Source: the human T2T-CHM13v2.0 reference genome, Homo sapiens. From it: a stretch of DNA of 64,000 bases. Shown here piece by piece: positions 12,594 through 30,829 of this stretch. Positions within the stretch are counted from its first letter, which is position 1. Each line of letters begins with the position of its first letter. The translations under genes and the position numbers were made by a program. The stretch is from assembly GCF_009914755.1 (NCBI RefSeq), contig NC_060932.1. One strand, written 5' to 3'. The notes below the pieces were generated by a model, which saw only the letters and a program-made list of their open reading frames with translations, had not been told where the DNA came from and ran no database searches.

Positions 12594-13454
12594 ATCTCTA
12601 CATCTGCAAATCCTGTCCCTTAGTCACATTATTTTTGTGGCTTGATGGCTTTTATTCCTTTCCGCATTTCCTTTGTGATTATTGCTTTCTTCGTTATGCC
12701 TTTAACTGGAATGGGTGAGGATTCTGGGATCCTTGGTTTAGCAGAAACCTCATGACAGAATCCTCTATAACGAGGCGGCCTCTTTTAGTTTCTGAGAAAT
12801 AACACTGTCATCCAGGTGGAATCACAACCATCTTTTTATATACACGAAGTCCTCACTTCGTTTTGGAATTCCCTGAAAACTGACTTTATGGAAACAATGC
12901 ACAGGAGGTCCTCCAACACCATTGGTTGTTCAAAGTCGTGTAGTTATACTGTGGAAGAAAAATAAGTGGTTTCACTATACATAATTTTGCTTCAAGGTGA
13001 AGTTTCCAAGAGACTTTCAAAGATGTTAAGTGAGGACATACTGTACATCAAATTCATATCCTCTTCCACAGTTCATGTGGAATTTCTTTATAAACTGCTT
13101 CTAGAGAATCTATTTAGGCAGGTTATGTGTAGAGATCCATGTCGCCGTTCCTCAATCTTGGCTTTGAGTCAAATCACCTGGGGAGCTTAGAAATGATGAG
13201 GCCTGGGTCTCAATGCCTGAGATTCTGATTTCCTTGCACCTGTGTGAGTGTGTGGATTTTTTTTTTTCTTTTAAAGCACCAGAGGTGGTTCCAATGACGA
13301 AGTTTTTAGAGGCGTCAAGCTCCAATGAGTAAGAACAGAAATTAATTGTAATATGATTTCTTCAAATATTATCTTCAAATGCATTGTCCATCAACACCAT
13401 ATAAATTTTATTATGCTGTTTTTTCTTACCATTTCGCATTTTCTATTTATTTAT

Positions 13455-13766
<312 letters not shown>

Positions 13767-13949
13767 ACCACTTAGCATTTACATTTTACAATTGTTGAAG
13801 TTATAGATTTATACACACATTGATTGCTGCTTTGTTATACACTTGCATATACATAAGATTGGAAACAGAAAAGAATAAAATGGGCACAGTATCCCTAAAG
13901 TTTCACATTCCGAGGCATTTCAAAAATATTTGCTCTTCAGAAATTTGTT

Positions 13950-17020
<3,071 letters not shown>

Positions 17021-17544
17021 ACTGTAAATATTTATACAGGCTATTCTCTATGAACTAATATGTATTTATAATTTTTAATATTTATACGTGGTATATTTTC
17101 CCATATTAAAAGATGAAAATTAAAGCAGTTGGATGTTTAAAAAGTAAAGAAAGAAGTGAAGAATACCCACCAGCTTTCTCCTGATTAGAGGAAGAGCCCC
17201 AAAGCTTCTATGGACACTCACTTTTCTCTTCTTCTTCTTGCAATATTATGAGGAAATCCTTAGAGGTTGGGGAACTTGGGCGACTTTGGCTAATGAGGAG
17301 CTCTGGGTCTTGAGCCCCCCAGGCCACAGAATAGTAAATAGTCTGTGCCTCCAGCCCTGCAATGTGAGGTTGCAGTCCTGTGGGCTCCACTCCCGTCACC
17401 TGTATCAGGGGGCTGATGTCTCACCCTGTCTTCTTGCCAGCCTTGAGGACGGAGTCTGAGCCTCCATGGTGCACCAAGCAGGGAGGACAGTTGACCTGTT
17501 CTCCATGGTCGTGGCCCAGCAGAGGGGAAGAGCAGTTCAGTGAA

Positions 17545-18574
17545 TGTAGGCAAAAGAAAGTGAGATCAGACACTTACTCTGTCTATGTAGAAAGGAAAGA
17601 CATAAGAGACTCCATTTTGAGAAAGACCTGTACTTTCAACAATTGCTTTGCTGAGATGTTGTTAATCTGTAGCTTTGCCCCAGTCACTTTGAACCAACCA
17701 CTTTGACCCAACCTGAATCTCACAAAAGTATGTGTTGTATGAAATCAAGGTTTAAGGGATCTAGGGCTATGCAGGACGTGCCTTGTTAACAAGATGTTTC
17801 CAAGCAGTATACTTGGTAAAAGTCATAGCGATTCTCTAGTCTCAATAAACCAGGAGCAAGATACTCTGTGGAAAGTCGCAGGGACCTCTGCCCTTGAAAG
17901 AGGCGTATTGTCCAAGGTTTCTCCCCATGTGATAGTCTGATAAGTGGCCTCATGGGAGGAGAAAGAACTGACCATCCCCCAGCTCAACCCCCATAGATCG
18001 TCTGTGCTGAGGTGGATTAGTCAAAGAGGAAAGCCTCTTGCAGTTGAGAGAGAGGAAGGCCGCTGTCTCCTGCCTGCCACTGGGAACTGAATGTCTCGAT
18101 ATAAAACCCGATTGTACATTTGTTCAATTCTGAGATGGGAGAAAAACCGCCCTATGGTGGGAGGCGAGACATGTTTGCAGCAATGCTGCCTTGTTATTCT
18201 TTACTCCACTGAGATGTTTGGGTGGAGAGAAACATAAATCTGGCTTACATACATGTCCAGTCATAGTACCTTCCCTTGAACTTCATTATGACATAGATTC
18301 TATTGCTCACATGTTCATTGCTGACCTTCTCCTTTTTATCATCCTGCCCTCCTACTACATTCCTTTTTGCTAAAATAATAAAAATAATAATCAGTAAAAA
18401 CTGAGGGAACTCAGAGGCCGGTGCCGGTGCAGGTCCTTGGTATGCTGAGTGCCGGTCCCCTGGGCTCACCGTTGTTTCTCTATACTTTGTCTCTGTGTCT
18501 TATTTCTTTTCTCAGTCTCTCATCCCACACGACTAGAAATACCCACAGGTGTGGAGGGGCAGGCCACCCCTTCA
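17545..18574 (+). mobile_element. Solo HERV-K(HML-2) LTR, LTR5A/B type (1030 bp)
   Basis: Starts tgtaggcaaaagaaagtgagatcagac...gagactccattttg and ends ggtgtggaggggcaggccaccccttca; TATA (gatataaaa, ~18099); 6-bp TSD agtgaa/agtgag with one mismatch. Confidence 0.93.
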
Positions 18575-19506
18575 AGTGAGTGCTGAGGGACGGTCGGGAG
18601 CCTTGTTTGTTTCCTCATTCTCAAGACAAACAGGAGAGTGCAGTGGGTAGATGGGAGGAGACCAATATGCAACTCTCTGCTCAGCAGACTGTGGAGTTTC
18701 TGTTCTTCTTTGTGGTGGGGGTCTCAGAAATCTTATTCAAAATTTTGCTTTCCTCCCCCACTGGTTGTCCTTTTCATAGATATCTCACCCATGATAGCAG
18801 GGAATCAGTCCCTCTAAACTATTCCCTAAGAACAACAAAAAGATTATGAAGGTGATGATGAGGATAAAGAGGATGACGACAGACACCATGGCATCATGAA
18901 CCCTTACTGAGGGCTTCCTAAAGGCCAGGCTCTGAGTTCTTTGCTGTATGCAGCATATTTCATTTCATCTGCTTAGTCTCCATGTTATTAGTGCACATTT
19001 CAGGATGATTTTACAGACTAGAAAAGGCGCAACGGATTTTCATGTAGCTTGTACCAGATCACGAAGTCAAAAAGGGCGAATTCCAATTTGAACCAGGCAG
19101 TCTAAGTCCAGACACATGGCATTTGGCCAGTCCTCTCCCTGCAACCAACCGGCCCTCTCAAATCCTTGTCACTCAGGCCGATGCCCCTGCTCACTGTGCC
19201 CTTCCCTTTGGGGGTTCCTTAGAGACCAGAGCTAGACCAGTGGGTGCCACAATCACTGTATCATGTATAGAGAGGGCAGCTGAGATCACATCAACGATTC
19301 CAGAAAGAATTGGCACAGGATCATTCGGGATGCATCTCTCCCTTGCCCTGTTCCTGGCTTTCCTTCCAGCTCTGGACTTCCTCAAAGGAGTCACCAATTC
19401 AGAGTTTGGCTTCCATTCCTATTGAGGAAGATGGAAAGTGTTTCAAAAATGCTCCTCCGATGTGCCTGTGGTTAAGACTTCTTAGCTTTGCTTAAAACTT
19501 TTTGAC

Positions 19507-19896
<390 letters not shown>

Positions 19897-20591
19897 TCAC
19901 TTCACCCTTTAATCTCTTTGCTCAAGACTAAAGTTCTGAGAGGAAGTCTAATCGGCTGAGTTGTGTCCATGTGGGCAGTGCAGGAAAGGATGCAGCGGGA
20001 GGCGGCTCCAGGGACGTCTTTGGCTTCCATCATGGGGGAGCAGGTGCCTGAATTATCCACCCTAAGAAATCTGGACAAAGGAAAACGAGGTTCTCTGAGG
20101 AAGGAGACATAGAGCCCAAGGAGCTAACCAAGAGACAAATAGTCATCCTGTCTTGTCATTTTCTTTTACACATGTGTGTACATTATCTTACACTTATTAC
20201 TTGTTTTCTTTCTCTCCTTTAATTGCACCCTGCTGCAAAAGTTAAAATAAAATGAAAGTATTGAGATAGCTCAACAACTGACTTTTGGTCAATTGCCTTT
20301 TCCTATAGTGAACAGCTGCGCAGACGATTGTCTCTGTCACTGTGCAAATTTGCAAGCATTTGCATGATCACTCCCAATCCCCCATCACAGGGCTGTGTTA
20401 CAGCACAATTTAGTTCAGTGTTTTGCTCTCTGTAACAGGGAGGTTCTCATCCATTACAGGATGCAGTAAAAACAGGGGTACCATAAGCAACCACCTCTTT
20501 CCTCAACGATGTGATGAAAGCAAAAGCCAAGTAGCTCCATGTATCCAACTTAAAAATACAAAAATTACGCCCGTGGGCTGCATTTGGACCT

Positions 20592-20950
20592 ATGGCGGTG
20601 GCAGCTGTCACTGGGCCTAGCCCGGGGTGTGGACCTGGGGACTCCCAAGAAGGGCCTGAGGAGGAGGCTCACGGAGTGTCGGCGGAAGGCGCACAGGATG
20701 CTAAAGCTTTACAACGGCCTCTCGGAAGGGGAGTCGGTGGGACTCCCCACGGGGCCCGACCCCCTGGACCCCACTGATCGGAACAGGGCGCACTTCGACC
20801 GGGAAGTTTACCTAGACAAGCTGCCTAGAGAGAGTCCTCTGGCCCAGCTGATGGACTGTGAGACGGACATGGTGCAGCAGATCCGGGCTCTAGACAGCGA
20901 CATGCAAACCCTGGTCTATGAGAACTACGATAAGTTCATCCCAGCCACAG
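20592..20950 (+). pseudogene. VPS51P: Processed pseudogene fragment of VPS51 (N-terminal ~120 codons, frameshifted)
   Basis: [26 protein letters not shown], then after a frameshift [78 protein letters not shown]. Matches the recalled VPS51 N-terminus without introns; A-tract at ~21047. Confidence 0.92.
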
Positions 20951-21056
20951 AAATTGACAAACAGCATAAAACTGTATGAGGATTTGCAGGAAACCCAGAA
21001 TTTCCCAGATAACCTTGTAAAAGAAGAACAAAGTTGGAAGACCCATAAAAAAAAAA

Positions 21057-21122
21057 CATATATATATATATACACATATATATATACATATATACGTATA
21101 TATATATACATATATATATATA
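21057..21122. repeat. (TA)n microsatellite
   Basis: Interrupted tatata run directly after the retrocopy A-tail. Confidence 0.95.
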
Positions 21123-22327
21123 AAGTTGTATTTTCGTTCTGTTGTAAATGTTTAGTAATTTCTATTGTGATTTTTCATTTAACTCATGAAAGCATATTTT
21201 TAATTTTGCAAATGTGTGCTTGTGTTTAGCTATCTTTTTGCTGCTGACTTCTAATTTTGTTGTATTGTGGTCAGGAAAATGTGGTTTGGACAAGATCAAT
21301 CGTATAGTGGATTTTGTTGAGACTTCTTTATGGCCTAATATGTGGCCAGTTTTGGTGTTGTTGTTGTTGTTGTTGTTGTTTTGCAAATTTGCCACATGTG
21401 GTTAAAAGGAATGTGGATTATTTGTTTTTTGTTTTTTTTTTTGGAGAGTTTTTATTTTTAAATAGATAAGGTTCTCAGTGTAATTGAAATCTAGCTTCAA
21501 TTAACAATATGCTAGATCTCTCAAACCTTAGGATGTTAGTCAGTGTAACAATAGACTGCTGCTGAGACGAATAAACCCTGAACTCTCAGTGGGTTGGCAC
21601 CCATAGCATAGTCTGGTGTAGGGCAGGGGTTCTCCTTGGCGGCCCTTGTCCAACATTGATTCAGAGATTCTGGAGGTTTCCATCTTTTAATTCTGCCATC
21701 TCAGAGTTTTTCACTTGTAGCCATATGGATAGGAAGAGAGGGAACATAGCTCACACTTGCCTTTGATAACCTTGGCCCAGAAGTGATTTCTTACATTCGT
21801 ATTGGTGGGAATGCAGTCACATGGTTCCAAACTAACTGCGAGTGAGGCTGGGAAATGTAGTCTTCCTGCATGTAGAGGAAGAGGAATGGTGTGAACACAG
21901 CATTGTCTTTGACACACTAAGCATGTGCTGAAGAGTTCTTAGTCTCATAGGAGGTTTGTCTGTCCTGTGTAACTTTCTCAGTTTTTGCTTAGATAGTTTC
22001 AGGCAATGTTGTTTGGTGCATTCAGCTTGATGATTATTATGTCCTCTTGGCAAAGTAGTCAAGATTCCCATCAGTTTGAATGAAAGTGTTTTACAGATAG
22101 ATCAGGAAATGTTAATACTTTAAAAGGCCCTTCTATTCCTCCACTGTACAGATAAGAACAACAGAGTCCTAGAGAGAGGAGGTCATGGGTCTCACTCATG
22201 AGTGGCAGAATTGAAACCAACATGGCAGTAACTTTGCCTTTCCCCCATCATGTTGTTCTCCCTCTATCTTCACTCTGCTGATTTCTTCACTTGCTCCATA
22301 CAGACCTCCCAGTGCCAAGTGTATAAG

Positions 22328-23707
22328 TGTGTCCAGAATTGGTGGGTTCTTGGTCTCAATGACTTCAAGAATGAAGCCGCAGACCCTCCTGGTGAGTGTT
22401 ACAGTTCTTAAAGGTGGCATGTCTGGAGTTTGTTCCTTCTGATGTTCAGATGTGTTCGAAGTTTCTTCCTTCTGGTGGGGTTTGTGGTTTTTCTGGCTCA
22501 GGAGTGAAGCTGCAGACCTTCATGGACAGTGTTACAGCTCTTAAGGCTGCACATCTGGAGTTGTTCATTTCTCCCGGTGGGTTCATGGTCTCGCTGGCTT
22601 CAGGAGTGAAGCTGCAGACCTTCACGGTGTTACAGCTCATAAAGGCAGTGTGGACCCAAAGAGTGAGCAGCAACAAGATTTATTGCAAAGAGCAAAAGAA
22701 CAAAGCTTCCACAGTGTGGAAGGGGACCCCAGCGGGTTGCCACTGCTGACTCAGGCAGCCTTCTTTTATTCTCTTACCTGGCCCCACCCACATCCTGCTG
22801 ATTGGTCCATTTTACAGAGAGCATGAGTGGTCTGTTTTGACACGGCGCTGATTGGTGCATTTACAATCCGTGAGCTAGACACAAAGGCTCCCCACGTCCC
22901 CACTAGATTAGCTAGATACAGAGCGTCCACAGAAAGGTTCTCCAAGTCCCCACCATAATGGCTAGATACAGAGTGTCTATTGTTGCATTCACAAACCCTG
23001 AGCTAGACACAGGGTGCTGATTGGTGTGTTTACAAACCTTGAGCCAGATACTGAGTGCCGATTTGTGTATTTACAATCCCTTAGCTAGACATAAAGGTTC
23101 TACAAGTCCCCATCAGACTCAGGAGCCCAGCTGGCTTCACCCAGTGGATCCTGCACAAGAGCCGCAGGTGGAGCTGCCTGCCAGTCCCTCTCCATGTGCC
23201 CACACTCTTCATCCATTGGGTGGTCAATGGGACTGGGTGGCGTGGAGCAGGGGGCGGTGCTCATCTGGGAGGCTCGGGCCGCACAGGAGCCCACGGAGGG
23301 GGGAGGCTAAGGAATGGTGGGCTGCAGGTCCTGAGCCCTGCCCCGCAGGGAGGCAGCTAAGGCATGGCAAAAAGTCCAGCACAGCAGCTGCTGGCCCAGG
23401 TGCTAAGCCCCTCACTGTCCGGGGCCGGTAGCTCCTAGCGCGGGGCTGCCAAGCCCACGCCCACCCGGAACTCCAGCCGGCAGGCAAGCAGCGCGTGTAG
23501 CCCCGGTTCTGGCTCACGTCTCTCTCTCCACACCTCCCTGCAAGCTGAGAGAGTCAGCTCCGACCTTGGCCAGCCCAGAAAGGGGCTCCCACTGTGCAGC
23601 CACGGGCTGAAGTGCTCGTCAAGTGCCGCCAAAGTGGGAGCCCAGGCAGAGGAGGCACCGAGAGCGAGCAAGGGCTGTGAGGGCTGCCAGCACGCTGTTA
23701 CCTCTCA
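22328..23707 (-). mobile_element. Solo ERV9 LTR (LTR12C-type)
   Basis: Reverse strand begins tgagaggtaacagcgtgctggcagccctc and ends ccaccaattctggacaca; tandem gctgattggtg..tttacaa..ctgagctagacac (CCAAT/NF-Y) repeats; perfect 4-bp TSD taag at 22324-22327 and 23708-23711. Confidence 0.95.
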
Positions 23708-25685
23708 TAAGGAGTGATTAATCTGAGCTTCTCCAGAAAGTCCATTCCTGGTGGGCACTGGGAATAAGAAATCTCAGAGTATTAAAAAAATCAAGTGGTA
23801 GCACTTTTGCGAATGGCTCCCAAATTAGATCCTTTACTTTTTTTTTTTTTTCATGAAGCACGGTTGCCCAAAACACACTTAGCCTGAGATGAAGCACATA
23901 TTAGAGAAAGGTTCTCTCTATAGCATTATGTATTACTCGAATGAGCATTAAAAAGAGGAGATGTGACATGCTCTCTCTAGCTATTATTACCTGCACTATA
24001 GAGTTGACATACACAAGCTCATTATTGCATTATGTTTTATTCAACAAAATAACTTTAATGTTGAAGCTTAAATTGAATTCGCTAAAACATCTTTGTCTCC
24101 AGCATACTGTGCCTCAAGTGTCTTCTTGGTGTCTGAATTTTCTCCAGAATTATCGTGCTGAAGCTATGGAAATGGTGAAATTATATGCAATCTGAAAAAC
24201 AATGTGGCTATAACATGGTAATTGGCCTTCCACATAATTAAAGGAACATTTCCTCATCAGAGCTGTTCCATCAGAGACCCAAAGGCTATCGTTGTACAAA
24301 TCACCCACTTAGGAAAACCTTTATTCCCAGTAGCCTATAAAAATCTGGTTATGCAAACAGATTTGCTTATTCAGTAACATTAATGGCTTCTCATATTTAA
24401 AAAGTCATCAATGTGATTGGCCTATAATCTGTTTCCTCTGTGACCAAGTGTCATTTTTATTTTGACAGTTAGGAGCCTTTTGACTCTTTCACAGCTGGCA
24501 TGAGGCACAGGGAGGGAAATCTCAAAAACCAACAACCTGTGTATTCCCAGCCTATTCATCAGTAGAAAATCACTTCAACTGGATTACGGTCTTGTACCTG
24601 GCAGAAAGGCTGTTATGGACATTGGAATTGGATTTTTACACTTGATATGACACCTCCTTGAGTCAGATCAGATTTGTGTTTGATAGACTCTTGCCGAAAA
24701 ATTGCTCCAGGGTCTGTGCAGTAGCTAAAGCCTTTTTGTTGTTGTTGTTTTAAAAGCAGCATTAAATGTTTTCATGAAGACCTTCCCAGCAGTTATTTTA
24801 TTGGGAATATGGTCTTTAGCTCTGGTCCTGAATAACTCACACTGAGGAAACCTCTAACAAGTGTTTTATTGGAAGATGTCTGATGGATGGTTGGTTTTAA
24901 TAACAAATCTCTTCCCTTTTTCTGTCCCCTGTGTTCTATTCTCCTTTCTCTACACATTATTCTGGGAGGATTCACCTATTCTCAAAGTCCTTTCCTCTTT
25001 ATTTCCATTCCAGAGCTCTCTGTATAACTCCAGGCTGATGAATCCAACGGCCCAGTTGTTATCTCTACTTGGCAGTCTTTCTTGCATTGACCTCATCTTA
25101 CCTTGCCTCTCCTGATTTCCTCTTCTGCCTGGGCTCACCACGTCAGATTCACACCACCATCCACCCAGCGTCCAAAACAGCTGGGCCTCCTCCTTCATTC
25201 CTCCCTCTTTCTCAGTCAAGTTAGTCTACTGTCTCCTCTCCATCCTCACTGCCACAGCCTTGGTCCAGCCAACCATCTTGTCTCACTTGGTGTATTGCAG
25301 CCTCCTACCTGGTCTACTTACCTCCCACTCTCCTCCAGCCAGGCTGCTCTTGTTCTAGCACAAAGTGGATCATTACTCCCCTGCCTAAAGACATCTACTG
25401 TCTCCCTTTGTCTACAGGATAAACACGACAAAGAGCCTTTAAGATTTGGCTCCAACTTACCTCTATATTAGTCACTTTTTATAATTATATGAACATCTCT
25501 CAGCTCCTCACCCTCTCACGTCTCGATTTGTGCACATGCTCTTCCCTCTGCTGGGAATGATCTTCCTCACCTCTCCTATCGATCTGGCTAGTTCCTACCA
25601 TTTTCTAGTCTTCAACCGAGGAGTCCTGTGATGGAGAAGGATTTCTCATCACCTGATAGAGATTGCATGCCCACCCACCTCCAGG

Positions 25686-25987
25686 CTTTTATTTATTTAT
25701 TTGACAGAATTTCGCTCTGACCATGCAGGCTGGAGTGCAGTGGCGCGGTCTTGGCTCACTGCAATCTCTGCCTCCCAGGTTCAAGCAATTCTCCCACCTC
25801 AGCCTTCTGAGTATCTGGAATTACAGGTGCCCGCCACCACATCTGGCTAATTTTTTTTTGTATTTTTAGTAAAGACAGGATTTCACCATGTTGGCCAGGC
25901 TGTTTTCGAACTCCTGGCCTCAAGTGATCCACCCACCTTGGCCTCCCAAAGTGCTGGGATTACAGGCAAGAACAACTGCACCTAGCC
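25686..25987 (-). mobile_element. Alu (within degraded L2-like sequence ~24950-26170)
   Basis: Reverse Alu consensus. Confidence 0.9.
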
Positions 25988-26554
25988 AATCGGGTGCCCC
26001 TTCTATTTGCTGCCATTGCCCCAGGCATACTTTCACCATAACTCTTACCATTCTGAGTTGAAAATGATTTTTTTTTTTGCTTTTTATTTCTCTCATTAAA
26101 TGCAAAGCTCATTGAAAAGAGGACAGTGGTTGTTCACTGTTGTACTCCTAACCTTTGACTCAGTGTCCTGAGGTTGGCTCTAGAGCTGTGCACACATGTT
26201 CAGACATTGGAGCACATCTTGTCTAGCACCTCTTTTGAGGTGGCTTGGAGAAAAGTCAGTAGGTACCTCCCTAAGGATGAAACAGAAGCTTCACCTAAAC
26301 CAGTTTTTCAACTTCAGCCTGCATTAGAATCCTCTGACAGCTTGTTAAAAATACCGTCTCCTAGAGCCCACTCTTCAAGAGTCGGTGAGTTTCTTCATCA
26401 TCAAAATATATACAGAATTCAGGCAGTCTTCAGTGCCAGCCTGGTCTGAGCCACTATGGACTCCCACCTGCAGAATCTCCCTGCTGGTCTCCTTGCTTCT
26501 GCTGTTACCTTCTTATTACCCATTCAAGTAGCCAGGGTGATCCTTTTAAAAAAA

Positions 26555-26802
26555 TTTTTAAATTTGTTTGAGATGAAGTCTCACTCTGTTGCCCAGGCTG
26601 GAGTGCAGTGGTGCTGTCTCAGCTCGCTGCAACTCTACCTCCTGGGCTCAAGCCATCCTCCCACCTCAGCCTCCTGGGTAACTGGGACCACAGACATACA
26701 CCGCCACACCCGGCTAATTTTTGTATTTTTTGTAAAGACACGGTCTTGCTATGTTGCCCAGGCTAGTCTTGAACTTCTGTGTGCACCCACCTCAGCCTCC
26801 TG
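26555..26802 (-). mobile_element. Partial old Alu (AluJ-like)
   Basis: Reverse Alu with ctcaagccatcctcccacctcagcc; truncated. Confidence 0.85.
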
Positions 26803-27552
26803 CATTTTTAGGAGGCCCCTCTTGTAGGGATTTTGATCCAGAGGCCTGGGTGCCTCATGTCTCCTCCCATCTCTCTCTGTCTTTCTGTCTCTGTCTCTCT
26901 TTCTCTTTGCCTTAAAGCTGCCCTGGGGACTAGACTCTGCCTTAGGCATCCCTCTGACTCTTGTTTGCTTTTACACTGAGGCTGCTTTAAGTGGCACCTT
27001 GATCCGAAGCCTTGGACTTCTGTTCCTATTCCTTGCTTTTGTCGGAAGGGCCGTGCAGCTTCTTGACAAATTGCAAAGGTGCCCACGAGTTTCCAAGTCC
27101 CCAAGAACGAAACCAGATGACAAACAAAGATGCAGCCCACAGCTGGGGAGACAGATTTCATGTCCACACAGAGACTCCAAGATGCTGAACTGAAATCCAC
27201 CCTGGAACCTGTTTTCTCTCTCATTTAAGTTCAATGTCAGCTGGGGGCTTGCAGGGCAGGGCTGGTGACCATTCTCAGGGCAAAGATGCTTTGAAAGGGC
27301 AACTGAGAATGGTGTGGTGGTTGACAGATGGCACGTCAGAGCATAGATTAACATGGAAAGAGAAACTCAGCCCTTGGGGGGAATGTGTGAGGCTGGCAGC
27401 CACACAGAGGGCTTTTCCTGCGAGCTCTTGCACAGATGCAAACAGCCAGGAGGTTTTGCTTTCTGAGCCTGAGTGGAAGCATGTTCCTCCCTGCACATTG
27501 CCGCTCTGCAGCAAATGTTTATTCCTGTTGCATTGATTAAAACTGCTTACCA

Positions 27553-27885
<333 letters not shown>

Positions 27886-27974
27886 TTATGGCTTTGCCGG
27901 CTGCCAGTGGAGCCAGCCGCTCTGCACAGCCGTGCAAGTGTGTTTTGAAAAGTGGCTCAGCCAGCCAGGAGTGA

Positions 27975-28384
<410 letters not shown>

Positions 28385-30829
28385 AAACATAAACTTACTT
28401 TCTTACCTCTTCTGCTGAACTCTATTTGCTTCTTTTCTCAACTTCTGCTGAACTCTATTTTGCTTCTTTTTTCTGGATAAAGCTCTTCTTTATCCAGAAG
28501 AGCTTTTAGCAACAAAGTTACCCAATGCCCTTCCCTAGTCTCTCCTTGCAACAGGCGGAGGGGAGGGAGGGGGGGAAGGGGTTGTTAGGAGGAAATCCTT
28601 GACAGAACCAATTTACATGACTGTTTGGAGGACTCTCGCTAGCCTCAGGAGGTGTTTGCATTTTTAAATTGGTTACTAGTGTCAGAATGTTTCATGAGTA
28701 AGAGCACAGCCTCTAAGTTGGATACCCTGAATTTAAATCTCAACATGGCCATTTTGCATATAACCAGAGGTTGGATTTGGAGACCCAATGGGTCTACCAT
28801 GACATGAACTTGCACCAACATTCCCCTGACCTCCAAAATGCCTATTCTGACTGGTAGACCCTAGTCTCAGCCTAGTGCCAGTTCAGAGCCTGTGTCCAGT
28901 GATCCTGCACAGGTCCCATTAGTTCCTTTTCTCCTATTCAGTCATCCTGGTAAAAGGCTGTGTATTCCCTTGGGCGCAGGCTGGGAGAAAGATTGACAGT
29001 ATTAATTTGTGGCAGTGGAGCAGAGTCCTTTCTGGAGGGGACCTGGCTTCCCATTCAGACAAGGGAATCCGGGTCTGTGAACTGGCTTATGTCTGGGAAT
29101 TGACGGGGGACTGTGACTCTGTTTTTATGATTCAGATTAGACTTCTGCTCACCTGACCTAGAACTCTTCTGCAAACACAGATCCAGTAAAAATGTGCAGG
29201 CTTCTTATCTATTTCACTTCTAGGAATGCCACGATCAGCTGGCACCATAGGTCTCTGCGAGTCAGGCTATTCTGGTTGCACCTTTGACTTTGCTGTCTTT
29301 TATGGTAACTGCATCCACCTTGCCTTTGGGGATTGAGTGCTCTGATCACTTGGCCCCAGCCCCTGTAGTGTGCCTATGTCACTTAACCTCTTTATACCTC
29401 AGTTTCCTCCTCTATAAAATGGGCATCCTCATTGCACCCACCCCCAGGGCTGCTGTGAGGTATAGATGGATTAACATATGGAAAGTAATAGAAGAGGGTC
29501 TCAAAGCCCATGTGTCGTTATCAGAATTATTTCATGATGGGGAAAGCTGGAGGAGAGAGGAAGGTGCTGAGCAGACCCACGTGCTCTCCCACCAGTGTTT
29601 CCTGAGCACCTACTATGTGCTGCCCACTGTGAGAGCTGTTAGGGTTGAAATAGGGAGCACAGAAGGGTAGGGGCTGCAATCAGGAGCTTAGTGGGGAGAC
29701 CGTTGTGCAACATGGTTCCAGAGCTTGGGGTGGGGAAGCTCAGGGAGTACAGGTGGCTAGGATCCTGGACAGAATCATGGAAAGGACACAGTAGCCCCAG
29801 CCTCTCCTGCCTACTCTGCCTCCCTGGCCTCCTCTGCTTCCCTGGCCTCTCCTGCCTTCCTGGCTTCCCCTTCCGCCCTGGCCTCCCCAGTCTCCCCTGT
29901 ATCTCCTGCTTTTGAGGTGGGCCAGGAGCTGCTGGTGCTCACTTAGCCTGTGCTGGATTCTGGGTGTAGCACTTCGATGTCCAGAAAATACCCCTGGGTT
30001 CAGCTCATCACACAACCTAGGAAGGAGCTCCACACTGACACTAAGGGTGCATCCTGGGCTCATTCATCAGGGCATGCCTCCAAAATATTTCTCCACGTCT
30101 CCTCCCTTTGCCCACCTGCATTGTCTCTGTGCCTCAGCCCCAGCTGGGGGCCTGCAAGGATCCGCTATCTCCTCTGCCCCTGCACGGCTCGGTCCCAGAC
30201 AACCTGTCCGCCCACCACGCCTCTCTCACCTTGCCCACCGTTCTCCAGACCCACAGTCCTCTTTCTGCTTCTTTCCCAGCCTCTGGGCTTTTGCACACGC
30301 TGTTCCCTCTACCTGAACACCCTCCACTGGGCTGAGAACAACTCTCTGAGGCCTCTCTCAGCTGTTGCTTCCTTTGGAACAGCCGCTGCTGCTGTCCCTC
30401 TCCCAGCTCCAAGACCGGTTGAGCCTCCTGTCTTTTTCAGTTCCCATGCCCCCAGCACTTCTTCTTGGCCTCCTTTTGCCCAATTGACAATGTCCATTCT
30501 CAATGCCTTCTCACCCAGCGCTGAGCCCCACTGGGTGAAGGCAATGCCTGTCATGTTCTCCACAATATCCCCTCCCCTATCACCACACCTGGTCCACAGT
30601 GATGCTCAAAAAAGATCTGTTGGTAGGCAATGCGAAGGTGCATTCATGTCATCCTGCAGGCGGAATTCTCCACGAGTTTTGAGCAGCCTCGGGTTTCCCA
30701 CCTCCAAATCATGGAAGACACACGGTAAGAGCAAAGACAAGGTGGCTGTGGCCGATGTCCACCATCTCGGGGCGTCCTTTCTCTTCTCTCCTCCTTGGGC
30801 AGGGAGACCATCGGGTGCAACCTGGCTGG

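Noticed and set aside
29800-29912. 9-bp periodic C/T-rich repeat (LPG-LLC-FPG...), also at ~35905-36015, resembling collagen
   Set aside because: Gly does not occur at every third codon and no splice context is evident; simple low-complexity repeat.
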